From a bacterium (GTDB lineage: Bacteria; Electryoneota; B3-LCP): 64,000 nt of DNA. The notes below the pieces were generated by a model. That model was not told where the DNA came from, did no database searches, and saw only the letters and a program-made list of their open reading frames with translations. Shown here in pieces: positions 37,908 to 47,296 of this stretch. Numbering within the stretch: position 1 is the first letter of the stretch; each line of letters opens with the position of its first letter. The stretch is from the NCBI GenBank assembly GCA_026394195.1, contig JAPKYS010000023.1, forward strand, positions 333,339 through 397,338, in the 5' to 3' direction. A program made the translations under genes and the position numbers.

Positions 37908-38219
37908 ATGCCCAGTGAATCCATGCGCACGTTAGAAGCGCTGGGGATGATCGAAACCCGCGGTCTCGTCGGGGCAATTGAAGCTGCTGACGCCATGGTG
38001 AAAGCCGCCAAAGTGCAATTGGTCGGCAAGGAAAAGATCGGTGGTGGATATGTCACTGTATTCGTCCGAGGTGACGTGGGGGCGGTAAAAGCCGCTACGG
38101 ATGCAGGCGCAACCGCCGCTGAAAAAGTCGGCGAGTTGGTGTCGGTGCACGTTATTCCGCGTCCACATCAGGACGTGGAATTGATTCTGCCGCATCGAGA
38201 CAACTCGAATATCGAATAA
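37908..38219 (+). CDS. Bacterial microcompartment shell protein, BMC-H (PduA/EutM-like)
   Basis: [57 protein letters not shown]...[10 protein letters not shown] is the canonical Pfam00936 BMC domain. Confidence 0.95.
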   Translation: MPSESMRTLEALGMIETRGLVGAIEAADAMVKAAKVQLVGKEKIGGGYVTVFVRGDVGAVKAATDAGATAAEKVGELVSVHVIPRPHQDVELILPHRDNSNIE

Positions 38220-38235
38220 TTGGCGTGAGTCGAAT

Positions 38236-38724
38236 ATGATTGCAGATTCCAGGGATAGACCATCCCCAGACGGACGCGCGCTCGGATTGATTGAAACCAA
38301 GGGATTGATCGGAGCCATTGAAGCAGCAGACGCCATGGTCAAGTCCGCCAAGGTGCAGCTTCTTGAAACCGAGCTGAGTACCGGCGCGATGGTTACAGTC
38401 AAAGTCGTCGGGGAAACCGGAGCTGTACGCTCTGCGGTCGATGCCGGCGCCAAAGCAGCCGAGCGTGTCGGCCAATTGGTTTCCGCGCACATCATACCAA
38501 GACCTCATGATGACACGGAAGATATTTTGGTCTACCCACAACGCCAAGCTCCCAAGACATCGAAAGAAACTGGCGCTGTGACGATCATCAACTACGACGA
38601 ACTGACTGTAAAAAAACTACGGGCGCTGGCGAGGCAGACCCCAAATTACCCGCTTTCCGGACGTGATATCTCCAAGGCAGGAAAAGCGCAATTACTGAAG
38701 CTATTTAAAAAGCTCACGACCTGA
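38236..38724 (+). CDS. BMC-H shell protein paralog with a ~60-aa C-terminal extension
   Basis: [32 protein letters not shown]...VSAHIIPRPH, followed by a basic helical tail ending KLRALARQ...LLKLFKKLTT. Confidence 0.9.
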   Translation: MIADSRDRPSPDGRALGLIETKGLIGAIEAADAMVKSAKVQLLETELSTGAMVTVKVVGETGAVRSAVDAGAKAAERVGQLVSAHIIPRPHDDTEDILVYPQRQAPKTSKETGAVTIINYDELTVKKLRALARQTPNYPLSGRDISKAGKAQLLKLFKKLTT

Positions 38725-38762
38725 TTGAATAAACCCACCGTAAAGAACCTCGACTCAATCCG

Positions 38763-39143
38763 ATGTTAAGCCGCATCACCGCATTCCTGCGTCCCTATAA
38801 GCGATACATCATCCTATGGCTCATTATTATCGCCATGGTGCTGCTTGGGGTAGTGCTGGGAGTCGATAAAAAGGTCATTGGTGTTGTCGTCGCTCTTTTC
38901 GGAATCATAACCCAGGCATTTATCGGCTTGCTGGCGCTGGTGGGTGTGGTCCCAATTTTAGGTCCTCTCATCGTTAAAATTATCAGTCTGCCGCTTTTCT
39001 GGCTTTTAAATGGAATAGGTTACGTTCTCTCCGTTTTCGCCATCAAACAAGGCTACACCAAAGAAGTTCTGAATTATCGCGTACTTACGGTCGTCTTCCT
39101 GATCGGTGTAGTCATCGGGTTCATCATCGGTCAAATCATCTAA
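38763..39143 (+). CDS. Small polytopic membrane protein (4 transmembrane segments), hypothetical
   Basis: Four hydrophobic helices. No recognisable motif. Confidence 0.45.
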   Translation: MLSRITAFLRPYKRYIILWLIIIAMVLLGVVLGVDKKVIGVVVALFGIITQAFIGLLALVGVVPILGPLIVKIISLPLFWLLNGIGYVLSVFAIKQGYTKEVLNYRVLTVVFLIGVVIGFIIGQII

Positions 39144-39259
39144 GAGTCCTACCTAATTCCTCTTTAGGAAAAAAAGTCTGCGCTTGCATTTCCACAAAAA
39201 AAGCATTATCTTAATGGATGTGATGAATACGACACCCTTCCAAGTGGAAAGTCAGGCTT

Positions 39260-41647
39260 ATGAATTCCAGATTTAAGATGGTGTTAAAGCTGATCGCTGT
39301 ACTCAGTGGTCTGATGGCTATTGCTACAATAAACCGTGCAGCTCGCGGACATGTAGGATTAAGTCCCGCTGAACCCATTTCTGTCACCAATGGCAATTCC
39401 TATGCGGATAATGACAGCATCATTCTCTGGGAAACCTTTGAGTCAGGTATCGGTGGTTGGACGACTTCGGATTTGACCAACCCGGGTCCGTCCTGGCATC
39501 ATGACACGTATAACGGTTTCAGCGGTCCATCCTGGTGGTCAGGGAAAACGAGTCTGATGGGCTATGAAAACAATTGGCTGCAGTATCTCGTCAGTCCCAC
39601 CATCAATTTATCAAGCGCCACATATCCCGTCCTGAATTGTATGGTCTACTGGGCGGTCGAGCCGCCTTCAACCTTTGGGCAATATGATGGTTGGGATGGA
39701 TGCAATGTCTGGGTCTCAGTGACCAATGGAAACACCTGGCAGGTGTTGACCCCTACCTCGCCTGCCTACAACTGTCAACATTTGTACAGTTTTGGATGGC
39801 GTTGGAATATGGGAATCAATATCCCCGGTTGGGCGGGTTTTTCCGGGGGATGGACTCCTGCGAGCTTTGATCTTTCCAACTATACTGTTGCTAATGTGAT
39901 GATTCGGTTTGCCTTTGCCTCAGATGAAGCCAATTGTACAGTTGGTAATCCCTCTTATCTGGGTTTCTTTGTCGACAATATCGAAGTGCGAGAAGGCACC
40001 AGTGTCTATCTCTCCAATACCGCCAGCGGGACTCCACTTCCAGCGGAATTCACCACCTCAACAGGAACTCCATCGGGGAACTACTGGGTTTATAACGAAG
40101 ATCGCTACCACAGCCCCAATCATAGCTGGAACTGCGACGATCTCTATTTCCTGTCTGACGCCCTAACCTCGCCAATGATCAGCATCCCCGGCAATATGTC
40201 TACTCGCATGCGCTACTGGGTTTACTGCGACATGCCTGACTTTGATGGCGATAGTGACAATTACCTGGATGATTATTACTACATCGAGGTTGCGCCTGCC
40301 GGCAGCGCATTTTGGACCCCCATCGTGTACGATTGGGCACACAACGGATCACAATTGCAGTGGGTGGAACGGTTCAACGGCTATTGGGATGACCTGCCGA
40401 CGCCCGAAATCAATCTGACGCCCTGGGCAGGACAAAACGTGCAGATCCGATTCCGGGTTGTCACCGACGGCAATAACGACGGTGGGGAAGGGGAGGGCTT
40501 GTACATCGATGACGTCCTGCTGCTCTCCAGCAGCCTTCCCAATAACGACGTCGGAGCTACCCAGATGATCATTCCGTTCCCTACCTATCTGGGCAGAAAC
40601 AATATTCCCAGCAGCGTGGATTTGATCAACTACGGCATACTCAATCAATCATTGGTGCCCGCTTTTTGGACCTACGGTGGGCAACCCACCGCTCTGATAC
40701 CCTGGACTCAAATTAACGCCGCCGATACGGTCACCCGAACATTTACCTGGACACCGCCAGCGCTGGGCTTTTACGATTTTTCCGCCTACACGACGCTAAC
40801 TGCCGACGAAAACAGATCCAATGATACCTGTTCGGCCGGATTGGTCGAAGTTACACCGGCAGGAACCTTTGAATTAGGGTATGATCACAGGCAGATTACC
40901 TACCTGCCTGATTTCTACAACTTCAACTTCAGCCAGGGCGCCGGTGCCCTGGTCTTGTTCACTCCGGCAGAGGATGGCATTCCCGGGGACTTATATGGCG
41001 ACTACCTCAAAGCCATGTTCTATTCTACTGGAACCATTCGCATGCACATTTTGGCGTCTGCTGCTGGAGGCGTACCCGGAATCGAAGTGTTCCAAAGCGA
41101 CATTGTGGTGGATACCAACCATGTTTACCCCAATTGGGCTGAATTTGACTTAGGGAGTGTCCAATACCTTCAAGGCGGGCATCCGGATTTCTGGGTGTGG
41201 CTGGAAGTCACTTCCAATGACAGCAAACCCCACTTAACCGGACATTTGATCGATTCCTTCAGCGAAGGTCACTTCTTCACCTACAATGGTACGACGGCAA
41301 ACAGCACCATTGTCAACTTCAACATCCGTGCAGTGTTGACTGGAACGGTGGGGGTCAAGCAAGAGGCGCCCAAATTCATTCCACAACAGACCGCTCTCCT
41401 ACCGAATTTTCCCAATCCTTTCAATTCCAGCACCACGATCGGCTATCAACTCGCCACAGCCGGGCAAGTTACTCTTTCAATATTCGATTTATCTGGCAGA
41501 AGAATTCAGCTATTGGATCAAGGATTGGTTAAAGCAGGACAGCATTCTGTACGATATAACGCCGGTTACATGGCATCCGGCATCTACATCTGCAAACTGG
41601 AAACCGAAACAGTTACACTGCAGAAAAAGATCGTATTGCTCAAGTAA
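39260..41647 (+). CDS. Large secreted Trp/Asn-rich β-sandwich protein with a T9SS (Por) C-terminal sorting domain
   Basis: Signal peptide present. The C-terminal ~80 aa (FPNPFNSSTTIGYQLA...VTLSIFDLSGRRI...GIYICKLETETVTLQKKIVLLK) match the TIGR04183-type C-terminal domain. N-terminal MAM/'choice-of-anchor'-like Trp patterns. Confidence 0.8.
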   Translation: MNSRFKMVLKLIAVLSGLMAIATINRAARGHVGLSPAEPISVTNGNSYADNDSIILWETFESGIGGWTTSDLTNPGPSWHHDTYNGFSGPSWWSGKTSLMGYENNWLQYLVSPTINLSSATYPVLNCMVYWAVEPPSTFGQYDGWDGCNVWVSVTNGNTWQVLTPTSPAYNCQHLYSFGWRWNMGINIPGWAGFSGGWTPASFDLSNYTVANVMIRFAFASDEANCTVGNPSYLGFFVDNIEVREGTSVYLSNTASGTPLPAEFTTSTGTPSGNYWVYNEDRYHSPNHSWNCDDLYFLSDALTSPMISIPGNMSTRMRYWVYCDMPDFDGDSDNYLDDYYYIEVAPAGSAFWTPIVYDWAHNGSQLQWVERFNGYWDDLPTPEINLTPWAGQNVQIRFRVVTDGNNDGGEGEGLYIDDVLLLSSSLPNNDVGATQMIIPFPTYLGRNNIPSSVDLINYGILNQSLVPAFWTYGGQPTALIPWTQINAADTVTRTFTWTPPALGFYDFSAYTTLTADENRSNDTCSAGLVEVTPAGTFELGYDHRQITYLPDFYNFNFSQGAGALVLFTPAEDGIPGDLYGDYLKAMFYSTGTIRMHILASAAGGVPGIEVFQSDIVVDTNHVYPNWAEFDLGSVQYLQGGHPDFWVWLEVTSNDSKPHLTGHLIDSFSEGHFFTYNGTTANSTIVNFNIRAVLTGTVGVKQEAPKFIPQQTALLPNFPNPFNSSTTIGYQLATAGQVTLSIFDLSGRRIQLLDQGLVKAGQHSVRYNAGYMASGIYICKLETETVTLQKKIVLLK

Positions 41648-41814
41648 TTTCTCTGCATCCGGCTATCGATATCATGTGCAACAATTCACATGCCGATTTC
41701 GGTTTTATTAATTGAATTTCTCGTAGAAAGTGCTTGCATCTAAGTTGTAAATTGATAAATTATTGTATTCTTAAGAATTGCACTGCTTGCCACTAAGGAA
41801 TCGGATACTCGATC

Positions 41815-42594
41815 ATGAAATGCCCAAATTGTAAAGGTGAAATTCCCAGAAAAGAACGCAAGCGTCAAACCTGTCCGGCCTGCGGGGAACCGCTGCCGGT
41901 TGCTCGCCCCATCCTATTAGAATGGTCGGGGAGGGCTTCGCGCTTCACTGACGAACGCGGTTTCTTCTTCTGGCTCATCATCTTCGTACTTTTTACGTTT
42001 TTACTGGCAGCGCTGGAACATCTTTTCGGCAAGGGAGATCTGGCTCGCCTTTTGGACCAGCACAAGTTCATCAGCGTGCTCATGTTTGTTTATATCGCAG
42101 CCCACTTGAAACTCTGGCGCAATATCAACACCATAATGCGCCCGGGCTACCCAGCACCCTATTGGGTTGATCGCTTGATTATCAAGAATTTCAAGCGAGG
42201 GACCAATTACATGGTCGTTCTTGGCATCATCGTAAGCCTTATTATCCTCGGACCATTCAACATCTTTACGCTAATGCCCGCTTACATATTGATTATATCT
42301 TTTTTTACAGCCTTCTTCTGGAGCGCTCAATCATTCAGGATGGACGATAAAGAATTCCTCGACGGGAAGGTTCAATCTTACTTTGAGTACCTCGGTGTGA
42401 GGAGATTACGACAATGGCGCAAGGCGGGAGGAGCCTATTTGATCGCTCTGGTTGTATCGGCAGGGATCTTCTACGGTTTATCTCACGTTCCGGGTCTGTG
42501 GTGGCTGATTAAAGAGAATCCAACCCTTAATGAAATCATTGATCTCTTCAACGCACTGTTCAGTTGGGTACCGATGGTTATACCCGAAAAATAG
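41815..42594 (+). CDS. Zinc-ribbon-containing polytopic membrane protein, hypothetical
   Basis: The N-terminus is CPNCKGE...CPACGE, followed by about 5 transmembrane segments. Confidence 0.5.
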   Translation: MKCPNCKGEIPRKERKRQTCPACGEPLPVARPILLEWSGRASRFTDERGFFFWLIIFVLFTFLLAALEHLFGKGDLARLLDQHKFISVLMFVYIAAHLKLWRNINTIMRPGYPAPYWVDRLIIKNFKRGTNYMVVLGIIVSLIILGPFNIFTLMPAYILIISFFTAFFWSAQSFRMDDKEFLDGKVQSYFEYLGVRRLRQWRKAGGAYLIALVVSAGIFYGLSHVPGLWWLIKENPTLNEIIDLFNALFSWVPMVIPEK

Positions 42595-42618
42595 AGAATG
42601 AAAAATAAACCTTTGGGA

Positions 42619-42652
42619 AATCCGTCAGGGTAAATCTCTGACGGATTTTTTT
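42619..42652 (+). terminator. Rho-independent terminator
   Basis: ATCCGTCAG-ggtaaatct-CTGACGGAT followed by TTTTTTT. Confidence 0.7.
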
Positions 42653-42778
42653 ATATACTGATTCTTTGATTGAGATATTTTCTCGACAACAGGGATGACC
42701 TCCGAAGGATTACCAGGACAATCTGTTATGTCGTATAAGTTATATTATGTCAAGTTAATAGTAAGCCTGAATTTTTCT

Positions 42779-44137
42779 TCATTTCAACTTATCCCCCACC
42801 CGTCCAGCGATCTGGAGCGGATCCCAAAGTGAGGAATACTTGGGAGTATAAGCCAGATCCAGTCGTTCCAGATCGCTCAAGATCAATTTACCTTCGATGG
42901 CAACAGCCAACGCGTTCAATCTCGCGTGAACTCCATCAAAACCGGCAATCTGTGCTCCCAGTAATCGACCCGATCCTGGATCGCTAAGGACCACCAGGTC
43001 CATCTCCGATCCGCCATACAATCTGGGTTTGGATGCTGATCGAATGGCAACTCGCCTGTACTTTATCGATAAGTCTTCAGCCTGCTTTGGTGAAAGCCCA
43101 ACTCGACCGATCTGTAAATTAAAGCAGGTCCAAAAACGCATCCCCAACGAACCGTGATCAATGCCATTGCCAGAAACAGCGCTCTCACCTGCTTGTCTGC
43201 CCTGGCGAGCTGCCGTCGTTGCCAGAGGCCAATAGAAGGGCTTGTGTGTCAGATGGTGATAGGTCATCGCACAGTCACCACAAGAGAAAATGCCTTGCCG
43301 CGACGTCATGAGGTGGCGATCAACGCGAATCGCTCCGAATTCGTTGGTTACAATGCCGGCAGATTTACAGAAATTGGTATTGGGGTTAATACCCATAGCC
43401 AATAAAATCCCCCCGCAAGAAATGGTTCGTTCAGGAAACCGAACTGATTCGATTTCGTTTTCAAGTGATACATGAATAGATGGTTCATTATCTGTGTAAT
43501 ATAGGCTTATATCATTCGTCGTGAGCACAGTAGAAATCCTGCTCGAAATAGCCTCATCCAGATCTTCCATTAACCCCTGACATTGACCGATCATGACGAT
43601 CTGGGCGCCAGACGCTTGAAGCCCTTCAGCACAAACCTGAGCGATGGTTCCGGTACCGACAATGACAAACTGCTTGGGATGCTTCAATAATAAGAATTGC
43701 TTGAGTCGATAAGCATCTTCAAGGTTACGGAGTGTAAAGATTCCCTCAGTCCCCCGGGACGCCCAAGCCGGATAAACGGGGCTTGCTCCTGTGGCGATGA
43801 TCAACCGATCGAATGGCAGATCAAAGCTTTGTCCGGTGGTGATATTTTCCACTGATAATTGGTGTTTCACCGCATGCACTTCAAGCACTCGATGAAGTAA
43901 CATGACGTTTACACCGTATTTATCACCTAAATCATCTGAAGTCAGTTGCTGAAGTCGATCAATATCATCGATACGATCTTCGAGGTAGGCCGGTATGGAG
44001 CATGTAGCGATGGCGAGGTGGCGCGATTGTTCGATAATGGTGATATCGAGTTCGGAGCTGCTGCGCCGGGCACGGAGAGCAGCCGCCATCCCAGCAGCGT
44101 TCCCCCCTATCACCACTAAACGTCGTTTATTGCGCAA
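42779..44137 (-). CDS. FAD-dependent pyridine-nucleotide-disulfide oxidoreductase (NADH oxidase/CoA-disulfide reductase family)
   Basis: The FAD motif is VVIGGNAAGMAAA, with the redox Cys in IATCSIP. A second Rossmann motif is IVGTGTIAQ. Confidence 0.75.
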   Translation of the reverse strand: MRNKRRLVVIGGNAAGMAAALRARRSSSELDITIIEQSRHLAIATCSIPAYLEDRIDDIDRLQQLTSDDLGDKYGVNVMLLHRVLEVHAVKHQLSVENITTGQSFDLPFDRLIIATGASPVYPAWASRGTEGIFTLRNLEDAYRLKQFLLLKHPKQFVIVGTGTIAQVCAEGLQASGAQIVMIGQCQGLMEDLDEAISSRISTVLTTNDISLYYTDNEPSIHVSLENEIESVRFPERTISCGGILLAMGINPNTNFCKSAGIVTNEFGAIRVDRHLMTSRQGIFSCGDCAMTYHHLTHKPFYWPLATTAARQGRQAGESAVSGNGIDHGSLGMRFWTCFNLQIGRVGLSPKQAEDLSIKYRRVAIRSASKPRLYGGSEMDLVVLSDPGSGRLLGAQIAGFDGVHARLNALAVAIEGKLILSDLERLDLAYTPKYSSLWDPLQIAGRVGDKLK

Positions 44138-44164
44138 GGAAATTGATTACGATTAAAGTAATAC

Positions 44165-44467
44165 TTATGGGGTAAGCTTCGATTTTACGGAGCTGACCTT
44201 GTTTTCCAGAGTAGTAGGTTTATCGCGACGGTCGTCGATGGTTATCACCGTGTAAACTCGCTGCACACCCAGATCGAACGGAGCGGAGTGCATTTCTTGA
44301 AGTACTTCGAAGAGACGTGAGGTTGGCGCCTCAATTTGAGTTGACATCGGCGTCAATTCCCACTTGAGGTCCGGATATTTTTCCAAAACCTTCACGCAAC
44401 GCGCCACGACTTCAGATACCGAAGTACCGGAGGTCTTGGGGATAATGGAGATGCTGCAGGTGCTCAT
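44165..44467 (-). CDS. MTH1187/YkoF-family (UPF0045) small ligand-binding protein
   Basis: 100 aa with a βαββαβ repeat pattern typical of the family. Confidence 0.6.
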   Translation of the reverse strand: MSTCSISIIPKTSGTSVSEVVARCVKVLEKYPDLKWELTPMSTQIEAPTSRLFEVLQEMHSAPFDLGVQRVYTVITIDDRRDKPTTLENKVSSVKSKLTP

Positions 44468-44477
44468 GGCGATTATC

Positions 44478-45509
44478 CTATTTGATTTCTATCTGTCGCA
44501 GGTAATTCGCAGCATCTTCGGGTGGCGTTGGATTGATGTAGAAGCCTGTCCCCCACTCGAATCCGGCAGTTCGCACCAGACGGGGAATGATCTCGAAATG
44601 CCAGTGAAAATCGTTTGGTAAAGTCGACCAATAGCTCGGGCGTCTGGCTTTGGATTTCGTATTCGGCGCGGTATGCAGCATGAAATTATAGGGCGGATCG
44701 TTCAGCGCCAGATTCAGGCGTGTCAGAACTTCCTTTAAACATTTGGAGAGCGCCGCCAAGCCATCGTCTGACAGTACGCCAAAATCGTGGGAATGCTCCA
44801 GTGGAGCAATGAAAACCTCAAAGGGAAAACGCGAGGCGAACGGCGCGATAGCAACCATTCCATCAACTTGTGCAATGATGCGGTCGCCATCTTCCATATC
44901 TTGCTTGATGATGTCGCAGAAAAGACATCTCTCCTTGAGGTCGTAATAATTTCGAGCTGCGTCGAGCTCCATGGCTACGGTACGCGGTGTGACTGGCGTA
45001 GCGATGATCTGTGTATGCGGATGAGATAAAGATGCGCCGGCCGTCACACCCTGATTCTTAAAAATAAGCACATAACGGAAGCGGAGATCATTCATCAGAT
45101 CCTTGAGCCGCAATTGGTAAACCTTCATGATCTTCTGGAATTGATCGAGAGGCTGATTCGCCAGGTTAATTTCGTGATGTGGTGATTCGATGATCACCTC
45201 GTGCGCTCCGATCCCGTTCATCTTATCATAAATGCCTTTTCCGGATCGATCCAGGTCGCCTTCTATGCGGAGCGCCGGGAATTTGTTGGCTACGACTCTG
45301 ACGTCCCACCCGGGAGTGTTGGCAGAAGTCCCCTGGCGCCGGAAGGCAGTAATTTCAGGAGGCGTCTTCTCTTCATTCCCTTCGCAAAATGGGCAGAACC
45401 CCCCCGCTTGTTCCGGTTCCAATTTGGCAAAATCAGATGGGCGTCTCCCCCGTTCCGTAGCTATGATCACCCAGCGTCTTTGAATGGGATCGTGGCGTAA
45501 CTCAGGCAT
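44478..45509 (-). CDS. GalT-like hexose-1-phosphate nucleotidyltransferase (HIT superfamily)
   Basis: CPFCEGNE is the zinc motif and HPHTQIIA is the H-x-H-x-Q active-site motif. Confidence 0.75.
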   Translation of the reverse strand: MPELRHDPIQRRWVIIATERGRRPSDFAKLEPEQAGGFCPFCEGNEEKTPPEITAFRRQGTSANTPGWDVRVVANKFPALRIEGDLDRSGKGIYDKMNGIGAHEVIIESPHHEINLANQPLDQFQKIMKVYQLRLKDLMNDLRFRYVLIFKNQGVTAGASLSHPHTQIIATPVTPRTVAMELDAARNYYDLKERCLFCDIIKQDMEDGDRIIAQVDGMVAIAPFASRFPFEVFIAPLEHSHDFGVLSDDGLAALSKCLKEVLTRLNLALNDPPYNFMLHTAPNTKSKARRPSYWSTLPNDFHWHFEIIPRLVRTAGFEWGTGFYINPTPPEDAANYLRQIEIK

Positions 45510-45553
45510 TTATCCTCCAATTATTCTCACGGTGTCGATGATTATCAGGTCTG

Positions 45554-47281
45554 TTAATCTGTGGGGAGGTCTCTTCCCGCCCACAGGGATGGTTTGAGTT
45601 CAGCAAAAAGATTATCTCGTGCGCTGACTGTCTGGAAATATTCCCAATCTCCAGCGCTCAGTTCAGAGCCGGAAGTCATTTTCTCGAGCATGACATAAAG
45701 TTTCTCAAAGTCCAGGTGATGTTTGACCAACCGAGTTTCAGCGTAGTCGCGCGCGCTGAAGGTGGAGATCAGGAATTGCCAATCTGAACTTTCCAATAGC
45801 AGCAACTCACGCCCTAACTGCTTTAGAACCTCCTGCACTCGACTATCGGCGTGATTTTCCCAATTCTTCACTGCCTCCAGCATTTTTTGTTCAGCGGGAT
45901 AGATCAATTCCCAGCTCCAGCGCGTGTCTTCGTTGAACCAGATATGATGAAAGCCGCCCTCTCCCCAAGACCCTTCGGGCAAAGATACCACCCGGTGAGT
46001 TTTTACTTGATCCAGATATTCACTTCCTGTCATCAACTGCAATTCCGGATCCTGACCAATCCATTTTAGAACCTTGTAGATCCAGCGGGGTCCTTCGAAC
46101 CACCAGTGGCCGAAGAGTTCAGTATCGAATGGAGCACAGACAATCGGTAGACCTTCAGCCTCTTTGCCCTCATGACTGAGTATTTGGCGGACCATCTCTT
46201 TGAAATGTCCGGCGTTTTCATCGATGCGGGCGGAAACAACGTCGGGATTATAGATCTCCTTTTCACCCAGACCAACTTTGGCTGAGGTCACTCGCCAGTA
46301 GCGATGTCCGCCCGGATGATGCTTCTTGTGAAAATCAAGATAGCAGCCATCGCCGGGGTAGCCGTGTTCACCGGACCAAACCTGCAATCCGGTGCGGGGG
46401 TCTCGGATGAAGGCGCACACTCGTCCTAAAAAATCACCACGGGATCGAACCAGATAGCTCTGATAGGGACTGCGTTTGAATTCACCTTCAACTTCGGTGT
46501 AACCCTTGGAAAACTCGTCCCAGTATTTCCTCAAAGCCTCATAGCGTTCCAGATAGACCCCCATCGCCTGTCCACCTTCGATCAGATGCGAATCGACGTA
46601 GAAGAAGCGCAGGTCGTGACGATCCAGGAATTCTTCCAGACCACGCCTCAGCCGGCGATTTTGCCCATTCAGAGGATTGCTCCATTCGCGGAAGGGGCGA
46701 TAGGCAGACTCCGGCAGCCAGATACCCGCTGGTTTTTTCCCGAAATGCTTCTGATAGTTTTCGACAGCCAACTTGATCTGAGCATCGACACAGGCGTCTT
46801 CGCCCAGTAAGGGCAGATAGCCATGCGTCGCCGCGCAGGTTATGATTTCAATCTGACCTTGATCCTGCAATTTCCGGAATCCACTGAGGATGTCTTTGTG
46901 GTAGGTCTGGTGAAAAGCCTGCGCCATCGTTCCATAAAATACCTCCCAATCTTCTGCCAGGCGCACCATGTCCGGCATTCCTGCTTTGGTAAACCCAATT
47001 TTATCGATGCGTGCAGCCTCTGATTTCATATGCAGATAGGCCGAGAAATCTTCTTTGAATACCGGATCCGCCAACTGTTCGCAGAGCACCGGGGAGAGAC
47101 CGATGGTGACCTTCGGCGCAATTCCCTCTTCGGATAATTTCTCAAAAGCATTCAGCAAGGGAAGATAAGTTTCTGCAGCCGCCTCGTTTAACCAATCCAT
47201 CCCGTGTGGCCATTTGCCGTGAGAAATTACGTATGGTAGATGGGAATGCAAAACCAGGCTGAAAGCTCCTAAAGTTGACAT
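45554..47281 (-). CDS. GH57-family 1,4-α-glucan branching enzyme-like
   Basis: The N-terminal signature is LVLHSHLPYV. Length is ~575 aa, as in GH57 GlgB. Confidence 0.75.
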   Translation of the reverse strand: MSTLGAFSLVLHSHLPYVISHGKWPHGMDWLNEAAAETYLPLLNAFEKLSEEGIAPKVTIGLSPVLCEQLADPVFKEDFSAYLHMKSEAARIDKIGFTKAGMPDMVRLAEDWEVFYGTMAQAFHQTYHKDILSGFRKLQDQGQIEIITCAATHGYLPLLGEDACVDAQIKLAVENYQKHFGKKPAGIWLPESAYRPFREWSNPLNGQNRRLRRGLEEFLDRHDLRFFYVDSHLIEGGQAMGVYLERYEALRKYWDEFSKGYTEVEGEFKRSPYQSYLVRSRGDFLGRVCAFIRDPRTGLQVWSGEHGYPGDGCYLDFHKKHHPGGHRYWRVTSAKVGLGEKEIYNPDVVSARIDENAGHFKEMVRQILSHEGKEAEGLPIVCAPFDTELFGHWWFEGPRWIYKVLKWIGQDPELQLMTGSEYLDQVKTHRVVSLPEGSWGEGGFHHIWFNEDTRWSWELIYPAEQKMLEAVKNWENHADSRVQEVLKQLGRELLLLESSDWQFLISTFSARDYAETRLVKHHLDFEKLYVMLEKMTSGSELSAGDWEYFQTVSARDNLFAELKPSLWAGRDLPTD

Positions 47282-47296
47282 GGTTTTTACCTCTAT

